Below are positions 25,282 through 31,875 of a DNA stretch of 31,875 nucleotides, piece after piece. Under the pieces are notes generated by a model. That model was given only the letters and a program-made list of their open reading frames with translations, had not been told where the DNA came from and ran no database searches. The DNA comes from a virus (lineage: Duplodnaviria > Caudoviricetes). How positions within the stretch are numbered: position 1 is the first letter of the stretch; each line of letters opens with the position of its first letter. The DNA lies in the IMG/VR virus record IMGVR_UViG_3300020368_000004, positions 1 to 31,875 of that record; one strand, given 5' to 3'. A program made the translations under genes and the position numbers.

Positions 25282-26335
25282 AGTAACTTTCCAATGTGCC
25301 TTTACGTTTAGTATCTAAAGTAACACAATGGAAACCACCACTCAATGTACGTGCTTGTCTCATTGGTAGTGCTATAGACTCTATGCCCCATTTATCTAAT
25401 TCTTTACGCAACTCTTCTTGATTCTCATCACAAATAACAAGTTTTTCGTTTACACTCATAAAGTTTAGACCAATGTACTTACTGCAAGGCGAAACATTAT
25501 TCGGCAAGTTTGTTCCAATGTCGTGTACTTTATTTCCTGGAAAGAATATTTTTTCCCAGGTTTTAAAGATAGGAGGATACCAGTCTGGGTTAATTCTATC
25601 TCCATTAAACAAGACAAGTCCAGGACGTAATGGTATCACTGTACTATCAAAGTGTGAATAACTATAAAATTTTTCAGCAAGATGAATCTTGTACCCTCTT
25701 GGTTCTAATATTGTTTTTAACCATTGTCCCCCTAACAAAGATCCACTGTTGCTTACTTGGTAAATTAAATCTTTACCTAGCCTTACAACATTAGGTGCAT
25801 CAAAAACAATTTCTTTATTTGTCAATGTAGGAATACTAAGATCCTCTAATTGATAACTCTCATCTAACAGCCTTGGGCGTGGAGCACTTATCCATTGTGA
25901 TCCTCCAGCCATTGCTTCATATAAAAATTCTCTGTATGCAAGTGTTTCGTATTGTCTTGCTCTCATGGCTCCTGGACAATCTATAATTAAATTATCCAAT
26001 GGCAATAATAAATCTCTTGGGCAATAAGTGTACCAACCTGTTGTTTTCCAATCTGGAGATGAAAATTCTTTTGAATGATCTATTGCTTCAGGACGTCTTA
26101 CTTTTACTCCGAGGTTGCTCAGAAGTTTTGCTAATCCATCAAGATCCTCGTTTGCTTCATCAATCACCCATTCAGGACTAGGACCTTCTAGGTCTTTAAT
26201 GTGTTCCCATTTACAATCTGCAAATCCAAAACTATGTGTTGATTTGTCAACAGTTGGGATACGGGCATGATCGGCAATTCCTACAAAACATTCTTCTAAT
26301 TGGTCCCAATCATTGTGACTACTTACTACGGTCAT
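25274..26335 (-). CDS. amidinotransferase (glycine/inosamine-phosphate amidinotransferase family)
   Basis: HNDWDQLEE, GVKVRRP, YCPRD, FDAPN, HFDST..PLRPG, GGFHCVTLD (Asp/His/Cys triad). Confidence 0.92.
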   Translation of the reverse strand: MTVVSSHNDWDQLEECFVGIADHARIPTVDKSTHSFGFADCKWEHIKDLEGPSPEWVIDEANEDLDGLAKLLSNLGVKVRRPEAIDHSKEFSSPDWKTTGWYTYCPRDLLLPLDNLIIDCPGAMRARQYETLAYREFLYEAMAGGSQWISAPRPRLLDESYQLEDLSIPTLTNKEIVFDAPNVVRLGKDLIYQVSNSGSLLGGQWLKTILEPRGYKIHLAEKFYSYSHFDSTVIPLRPGLVLFNGDRINPDWYPPIFKTWEKIFFPGNKVHDIGTNLPNNVSPCSKYIGLNFMSVNEKLVICDENQEELRKELDKWGIESIALPMRQARTLSGGFHCVTLDTKRKGTLESYFD

Positions 26336-27185
26336 TTATTTTATCTCCTATTAGTTCACTAATACATACCCTATTCACTTTGCCGCCTCTATTAAATTCT
26401 TTATACTCTTTGCCTCCTAAACCAAACATTATGCAGTCTGTAGGCTCTAAGTTTTTCTCTTTGCATACTTGATAATACTGATCCGAATATGTGTTCCAAT
26501 TATGATCAACACTATATTCTTTAATTAAAGTACTAGCAATACTTAACGACACACGGTTTACCATATCAACGGAATTGAACACATCTATACCGTCATCTGC
26601 ATTGCCACGTTGACACCTTATACCAACACGTAAAAATTCAGCACCATAAAATGCTTTGCTTATGCTGAATGTAATTGTATCAATACAACGGAAACTTAGA
26701 TCTAATTCTATATCTTTTGTACATGGGTAATATGCAAAATCTAATAACACAGGAATATCAAGGTTATTACACTTATGTAAAAGTGGTTCTGTAAGTTCAT
26801 GTTGTTTGCCTAAATCACTGAAAGGTACACTTATGATTAATGCATCACCTCTCATAAGGTCATCATTTAATTCTTTAAAATTTGCTCCATGTTTCAAGCA
26901 GGCTTTATGATACATAAATTCTCCTGCTAAAAATCTAAAACGTTTTTCTTTAAACTTCCAATAGAAATGATCGAAACTTTGGATTGTTCCATTTACGATT
27001 TGTATATTCTTAAATTTCCAAAGATTTTTTAAATTATTTCTTTTGCTAGATTTAATCCATTCAAAGAAATTATCTTTAAATTTACTAGGTAGCAGTTCAT
27101 TGTATAAGTCCTGTGCTGGAATCATTGCCTCCACACGTTCTCTAATACTAAAGTCTACAACGGGTTTAGCCCCTCTTAAATTCAT
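26319..27185 (-). CDS. PLP-dependent fold-type I enzyme (aminotransferase class I/II-like), compact
   Basis: GT..SFD, LLDFAY, FSISKAF...LRVG. Confidence 0.75.
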   Translation of the reverse strand: MNLRGAKPVVDFSIRERVEAMIPAQDLYNELLPSKFKDNFFEWIKSSKRNNLKNLWKFKNIQIVNGTIQSFDHFYWKFKEKRFRFLAGEFMYHKACLKHGANFKELNDDLMRGDALIISVPFSDLGKQHELTEPLLHKCNNLDIPVLLDFAYYPCTKDIELDLSFRCIDTITFSISKAFYGAEFLRVGIRCQRGNADDGIDVFNSVDMVNRVSLSIASTLIKEYSVDHNWNTYSDQYYQVCKEKNLEPTDCIMFGLGGKEYKEFNRGGKVNRVCISELIGDKINDRSK

Positions 27186-27684
27186 CTCTTACTCCAGTTA
27201 CTTGCATAGTGTATTTTGGTTTAAGGCCAAAGTTTCCACTTAGATGAGGTTCATCTTTTTCTATTATTATAGCATCACCTCGAGTCCATTGCAAGATAGG
27301 ATTTTCATTTATTTCAAAATAATGTCCAGAGATCCAGTCCTCTAGAAATATATTAACTCTACAACACTTCTCTGGTTCTACATCAAATTCTTTTGATATC
27401 ATGTAAAAAGTATCTACATGACTAGGCAAAGTATGTCCTGGCATCTGCCACATCACTGAAACAGTGTATCTATCAAATAAAGTTGAAGCAAACTTTTTTG
27501 TATCTTCATGTACTTCAAAACTTTGACTATAAGTTGTATTGTCTTTTGTAAACCCTGCTAGTTTATATTTTAAATTTTGGTTCTCAAATGCTCTAGATCT
27601 TCCAGTTGGAGTAACATTGTCTAAAGTTTTCCAGGGTAGTCGTTTGTACTCTAGTTCTGGTAATTCTAATTTTATTTGTTCCAT
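27166..27684 (-). CDS. cupin-fold/2OG-Fe(II)-like oxygenase
   Basis: QMPGHTLPSHVD, FLEDWISGHYFE, distal HLSGN, YTMQVTG. Confidence 0.7.
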   Translation of the reverse strand: MEQIKLELPELEYKRLPWKTLDNVTPTGRSRAFENQNLKYKLAGFTKDNTTYSQSFEVHEDTKKFASTLFDRYTVSVMWQMPGHTLPSHVDTFYMISKEFDVEPEKCCRVNIFLEDWISGHYFEINENPILQWTRGDAIIIEKDEPHLSGNFGLKPKYTMQVTGVRDEFKRG

Positions 27685-28418
27685 GATTGATCGTATGGGG
27701 TTCCTGTCTTTTCATCATACCAGTATAAACTTCTGTGTGGCGGATGTTTGTCATCATGTTTTGCATTGCTTACATAATAAAAGAACCTTATTCCTTTTCT
27801 ACTCTTATCCTCTGGACAGGTCATCGGTTCAGGATACCCGTGGAAGGCAAAATTGTTATAGTTCCAAATGACACAATTACCTGGACCTACTGGAACCTTG
27901 GTTAAAAGTTTTTCTCTTTTACTATTATAAAAATTTAACTGTCCTCCCCACTCTTGTATCCAATCGTCATTTAAATAAATTACAACACTTAACATTCTAT
28001 GAAGTTTAAGTTCTTCACACCAATTAAAATCTGTATGGATTTTTAAACTATCACCTGTAAATGATTTCATATATCCGGCTCCCACAAGATGTGGATCAGG
28101 AATCAAGTCAACTGTATCAGTTACTTGTTGTAGCCATTTTATAAATGTAGAACTGTGTAAAGCATGAACTATTTGATCCTGAAAAGGTGATTTGTCTGTG
28201 TTGTTGAATTCATACATACATGAGCCTGCACGAGTAAAATGTTTGCAGTCTTTTAATGGGATATCATCAAGTTCACGTGCAAGTTTTTGCACAACGTCTA
28301 TAGGTAAAAAATTTTCTAAAGTCAAAAGACTGTAATCAGGATGGCTTCTATACTGTTTTTGTAATGAATATGTATCCTTGAAATTTTTGGATATGTGATC
28401 TAATACCTGTTGCTTCAT
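27672..28418 (-). CDS. 2OG-Fe(II) oxygenase (prolyl-hydroxylase-like)
   Basis: ENFLP, PDPHLVGAG, LKIHTDFN, IYLN..W..EWGG.L, FHGYP, R; start moved to ATG 28418. Confidence 0.88.
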   Translation of the reverse strand: MKQQVLDHISKNFKDTYSLQKQYRSHPDYSLLTLENFLPIDVVQKLARELDDIPLKDCKHFTRAGSCMYEFNNTDKSPFQDQIVHALHSSTFIKWLQQVTDTVDLIPDPHLVGAGYMKSFTGDSLKIHTDFNWCEELKLHRMLSVVIYLNDDWIQEWGGQLNFYNSKREKLLTKVPVGPGNCVIWNYNNFAFHGYPEPMTCPEDKSRKGIRFFYYVSNAKHDDKHPPHRSLYWYDEKTGTPYDQSWNK

Positions 28419-28423
28419 GCAAC

Positions 28424-28429
28424 TATTTA
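28424..28429 (-). promoter_or_regulatory. late-like TAAATA box heading the six-gene modification operon
   Basis: TAAATA (includes the TAA stop of the upstream gene), 5 nt, ATG 28418. Confidence 0.6.
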
Positions 28430-29347
28430 CTTGGAAATTATGTCTTGATATACCTTTTTGAGATGTTCCCAAGGCAGTCCTGCCGTGCATTCATCTTCAC
28501 GCCATTGGCAGTATGCTAGGTTATTAAGCCAATTAATTCTTTCAAAATATTCCGGATTTTCTAGTGTAGATAAGTCTTTATTAGATACTTCCCAAGCCAT
28601 TGAACTAGGACACATACTAAAAGTTGGAATGCCTTCCATAACACTTTCGGTTAATCCATTACTGTTAAATCCTACAACTGCATAAGCATTTTTGAAGTCT
28701 TCATATAATCCTTCACCACCTTCTAATATTCCCCAACCCTGCATATTTTTACTTATTTGGTCAACTAAATTAAGTTTTTTAAGTACTGCTAGTTGTCTAT
28801 CTTGCCTTAATGGGTGCATTCTAATACGTATTGGTCTATCAGAATATTTTTTAATTTCATTTATTGTATGTGTTATGAATCCGTCAAAACTTCCGTGTTT
28901 CTTTATTAAATTTTTTAAACTACTGTCACCTGGTCTTTGCAGTAAAACAAGAATGTATTCTCCTTTGTTCACACGCCAATCTTTTACAGTAAGTCTTTGG
29001 TCTTTTTCAATTTGTGCATATCTATCACCAGGACAATTCTCATTGTTATAATTTCCTTCATCGCGGAAATAACTAAACCAACTATACCTATGATATGCCA
29101 TTGGATTTGGTGGTGGTGGCATATTACGTCTGAACACTGCTGACTCAACACATATCCAAGGCTTGCCACTGTCAGCAACAAAATTATATATGTGTCCTAT
29201 CTTCTTTTCTTTTTTACACTCTTTAATGTTTGCTTGAACATAAACATCTGCGTTTGCATTTTTTATTTCTGCGAAAGGCACAACTTTAAATGTATCTGGC
29301 AGTGGATGATATGTCCACATTAGTTCTTTGATTGCTACTACATTCAT
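28427..29347 (-). CDS. KpsC/KpsS-like GT-B glycosyltransferase, paralog 4
   Basis: ILVLLQRPGDSS, IRMHP, FNSNGLTESVMEGIPTF, WLNNLAYCQW. Confidence 0.7.
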   Translation of the reverse strand: MNVVAIKELMWTYHPLPDTFKVVPFAEIKNANADVYVQANIKECKKEKKIGHIYNFVADSGKPWICVESAVFRRNMPPPPNPMAYHRYSWFSYFRDEGNYNNENCPGDRYAQIEKDQRLTVKDWRVNKGEYILVLLQRPGDSSLKNLIKKHGSFDGFITHTINEIKKYSDRPIRIRMHPLRQDRQLAVLKKLNLVDQISKNMQGWGILEGGEGLYEDFKNAYAVVGFNSNGLTESVMEGIPTFSMCPSSMAWEVSNKDLSTLENPEYFERINWLNNLAYCQWREDECTAGLPWEHLKKVYQDIISK

Positions 29348-29898
29348 TTTGTAAACACCAAGCCTCTATTCCTTACAAAGGCTTTCTTGCCTTTCTTACC
29401 TAAGTTCATTGTACTATGTTCTCTTAATTGTTTAGTAAGTTCTGGATTATGTTTTAAACCATTTGTCGCGAATGTATGTATCCAGTAATCTTCGTCTTTT
29501 AAGTTTACATGATGATGACCTTCCCAACCAGGTGGTGCATACGTAACAACAACTGTATTACAAGATTGAAAACAAGGCATATAGTTTGGAATGTATTTTT
29601 CTTCTACGTGTTCTACAAATTCAACACTCCAACCGATGTCATATTCAAAATCTGGTATGTGTGGACCTTTGCTAAAATCATGTAGGGTATAATCGATTTC
29701 ATTTGGTCTTTGTAAGGTGTGGTCTCCATCAATGCCTTTTACTAACAAACCTTTTGACTTTGCAAGTTCAACCATGCCTCCTGGTCCGCAACCTATATCA
29801 AGGAAAGTTTTTGCATTTGTAGTTTTGATCAACCAATCTAATGCTCCATGGTCCAGGTGTGTTTTGTTTTGATGACCTCCAAGGTGTGCTTCTAACAT
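29344..29898 (-). CDS. class I SAM-dependent methyltransferase
   Basis: LDIGCGPG, GIDG, SVEFVEHV, GHHHVN..YW. Confidence 0.88.
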   Translation of the reverse strand: MLEAHLGGHQNKTHLDHGALDWLIKTTNAKTFLDIGCGPGGMVELAKSKGLLVKGIDGDHTLQRPNEIDYTLHDFSKGPHIPDFEYDIGWSVEFVEHVEEKYIPNYMPCFQSCNTVVVTYAPPGWEGHHHVNLKDEDYWIHTFATNGLKHNPELTKQLREHSTMNLGKKGKKAFVRNRGLVFTK

Positions 29899-30674
29899 TA
29901 GATGTCTACCTTGTGCCTTTTGAGAAACTTACCCATCTTTGCTTTTTTATTATGACCTTTCATGTGTACCATCTTAGGTCTAAGAATTGAACTATTAAAA
30001 GGATGTTTGTTTGTAGTTGCACCTTTATTTAAATCAAAGAATAAGTTTTTGTTTTTGTTTTGTAATCTTAATGTAGTAAAGATAAAACTGTCGTGTGTTT
30101 CACGCAATTCTTTTAGTTTTAAAGTAGTGTACATTTCCTCAAATTCTTTTAAAAATTGTTTTACCTGTACGTTATCTAAATCATACATCATAAAGCCACA
30201 CTCATCATAGACACTAGGTCTTCCTAAATAACTTATTCCGTATCCATTTGGTTGTAAACTATTTAAAAAATTATGGTCCATGGGTGTATGTATCATGGCG
30301 TCTGCATCTAACCATACTAGTTTGCCTTTTCCTTGTGCCATTCTAAAAATTGGAAATGTTTTATGTGCGAACTTTGTTGCCTGCCATTTAAATTTAAATT
30401 TTTCTTTGGCCATGATCTCCCCATTTAAAAATGGATCATCATCGCCTACTTCTAAAAATTTTATTAATTTTGGACACGATTCATATATGCTATACCATAT
30501 TACTCGGGATGATAATTTTGCATTATGGTACCATGTGTCTTTTTCTAAGTCTTCTGAAAAGATATGTATTTTTACATCTTCTGGTAAATGTTTGTCCCAC
30601 GTTTTTACATTTTCGCGAGATCCTAATTCCCAATATTTTTTATTTAAACTTGTAACAAAATTATACTGAGGCAT
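29898..30674 (-). CDS. GT-A glycosyltransferase (DxD), paralog of 17278..18096
   Basis: VTSL, ATKFAHK, WLDAD, YLGR...ECGF, HDSFIF, HP...HMKG; start ATG 30674. Confidence 0.75.
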   Translation of the reverse strand: MPQYNFVTSLNKKYWELGSRENVKTWDKHLPEDVKIHIFSEDLEKDTWYHNAKLSSRVIWYSIYESCPKLIKFLEVGDDDPFLNGEIMAKEKFKFKWQATKFAHKTFPIFRMAQGKGKLVWLDADAMIHTPMDHNFLNSLQPNGYGISYLGRPSVYDECGFMMYDLDNVQVKQFLKEFEEMYTTLKLKELRETHDSFIFTTLRLQNKNKNLFFDLNKGATTNKHPFNSSILRPKMVHMKGHNKKAKMGKFLKRHKVDI

Positions 30675-31113
30675 CTTCCATACCAGCCACTCTGAGTTTA
30701 ACAATGTTTGTAAGTTGCCATTGTTTTTGATCTAGTCCTTTTAAGACTCCTAACCATTTGTTTCTCATTAGTGCAAATTCATTAATTATTTTTTCATAAT
30801 CAACTACGTCTGGTTCGCCATCAACATATTTTTCAACGTCTCTGCTTGAAAGTGCTCTTTGATAATTTTCTAAATATTTCTTGAAGTAGGAACTTCTTAA
30901 ACGCCTTAATTCAATATTCATGTAGTTTAATATTGCTTCAAGTTCTTGTAATTGATTAAATCTTTGTTCTACAATACCAGGCATATTCGCAGATGCTTTT
31001 TCTACATTACCTTTGATACCAACCTGACGCTTTGCTTCAGTAAGTTCATTCTCGTAATATGCCAGAGCATCTGGAATATGACTTATGTCTTTAGATATTT
31101 TACTATACCACAT
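30661..31113 (-). CDS. uvsY: UvsY-like recombination mediator
   Basis: Helical protein with YLENY.RALSSRD.EKYVDGE and KGLDQKQWQ..NIVKLR.AG; just downstream of uvsX; start ATG 31113 (TAATG). Confidence 0.82.
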   Translation of the reverse strand: MWYSKISKDISHIPDALAYYENELTEAKRQVGIKGNVEKASANMPGIVEQRFNQLQELEAILNYMNIELRRLRSSYFKKYLENYQRALSSRDVEKYVDGEPDVVDYEKIINEFALMRNKWLGVLKGLDQKQWQLTNIVKLRVAGMEDASV

Positions 31114-31352
31114 TACCATTCTTCATCTTCTGAGTCATCAAAACCATCTTCGTCTAGGTCCAAGTAATAACTTATGGCCGCATCTAAATGATCACAACTT
31201 CCCATTGAATCTCTAAATGTCTCATCACTGACACCCATATCTGCACAGGCATCTACATACTTTTCAGCAACCATTTCTATTTGCTTTTTGTCTATGTATT
31301 CCTTGAACAAATTCCAGATATCAATAACATGACTTGATTCTGCTTCAATCAC
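31113..31352 (-). CDS. small acidic hypothetical protein
   Basis: 79 aa with a D/E-rich C-terminus, between uvsX and uvsY; GAGGAG SD, GTG start. Confidence 0.75.
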   Translation of the reverse strand: MIEAESSHVIDIWNLFKEYIDKKQIEMVAEKYVDACADMGVSDETFRDSMGSCDHLDAAISYYLDLDEDGFDDSEDEEW

Positions 31353-31357
31353 TATTG

Positions 31358-31875
31358 TTACTCCTCAACTGTTTCATCAACAACTTCTGCTGGTTTCTCA
31401 TCTACCATATTTGCAAAGTCACTCATAATTATGTTTAACTTTTCGCCTGTCCAGTCTTTTCGATAATCTAAATGTTCTTTGCCTGTTGAATCAACGTATT
31501 TAAGCCTATTTCCCTGTTGAGTAAGTAATCCTTTTTTCTCAAACAAGTCTACAAGTCCACTGTATGGATCCATGCCTTGTTCATATGGAATCTTAACCTG
31601 CACACTTTCAAATGGTTTACTATATCTAGTTTTCATAACCTTACAAGCGGCTCTAATACCTCTTACGTCAGTTACTTTTTTACCATCTTGATCTTCTTTA
31701 AGTTTTAATTTTTTCATAGCAACAACGATACTTGATGCATATATAAATCCTTGTCCACCTGATATTTTATCATCTGGATCAAACATATCTTGTGATGCAT
31801 AAGTGTGATTAGTTGCTACAAGTCCTACATTATGACTACCAAACATATTAACACAGTTTCTTACAAGTGCCGTTA
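31358..31875 (-). CDS. uvsX: UvsX/RecA-like recombinase, C-terminal part (5' end beyond the right edge)
   Basis: Frame open to the window edge (TALVRNCVNMFG...); ATNHTY, SGGQGFIYASS, KTRY.KPF, GMDPYSGL. Confidence 0.9.
   Translation of the reverse strand, partial: TALVRNCVNMFGSHNVGLVATNHTYASQDMFDPDDKISGGQGFIYASSIVVAMKKLKLKEDQDGKKVTDVRGIRAACKVMKTRYSKPFESVQVKIPYEQGMDPYSGLVDLFEKKGLLTQQGNRLKYVDSTGKEHLDYRKDWTGEKLNIIMSDFANMVDEKPAEVVDETVEE

Noticed and set aside
23219-28418. Operon as a 7-deazaguanine (archaeosine/preQ0) DNA modification pathway
   Set aside because: No FolE, QueD, QueC or DpdA motifs occur in the window. The amidinotransferase is of the Arg-dependent pentein family, not ArcS/QueF-like/GAT-QueC.
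1193-31167. Many 60-140 aa antisense or nested ORFs in the track (e.g. 1193..1615, 13121..13462, 13743..14117, 28692..29051, 30280..30669)
   Set aside because: They lie opposite or inside well-supported genes and have no motifs or start signals; they are shadow ORFs.
1-31875. Stop-codon reassignment, CRISPR arrays, tRNA/rRNA genes, transposases, introns or homing endonucleases
   Set aside because: Core genes are full length in code 11 and end in TAA, TAG and TGA. Intergenic gaps are under about 80 nt, and no repeat-spacer, cloverleaf or mobile-element motifs were seen by eye.

Overview
This is an AT-rich, very gene-dense segment, mostly on the - strand, of a large T4-like/jumbo-type dsDNA phage, probably aquatic (inference). 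It carries a T4-style replication/recombination set: gp41-like helicase, gp61-like primase, gp62-like clamp-loader subunit, UvsW, UvsY and partial UvsX. No B-family polymerase lies in the window. Instead there are two separate, highly reduced DnaE (Pol III alpha, C-family) genes: a complete 192-aa 'mini-DnaE' and a PHP-less DnaE running off the left edge, which the ORF track missed. The region 16.4-30.7 kb is a ~14 kb glycan/small-molecule modification island. It holds four KpsC/KpsS-like GT-B paralogs, three GT-A glycosyltransferases, a cytidylyltransferase-cupin fusion and a methyltransferase. It also holds a six-gene overlapping operon (2OG-Fe oxygenase, cupin oxygenase, PLP enzyme, amidinotransferase, radical SAM, GT10-like) facing a convergent three-gene radical-SAM cassette; the enzyme set recalls aminoglycoside/streptidine chemistry. 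Regulatory signals are unusually clear: five consensus sigma70 promoters (TTGAC[A/T]-17-TATAAT) lie 5-8 nt from an ATG, suggesting leaderless mRNAs, and T4-late-like TAAATA boxes show similar spacing. A 22-bp palindrome appears to serve two divergent genes. Several ORFs under 60 aa were read manually. All functional calls come from motif recognition only; no database search was run.
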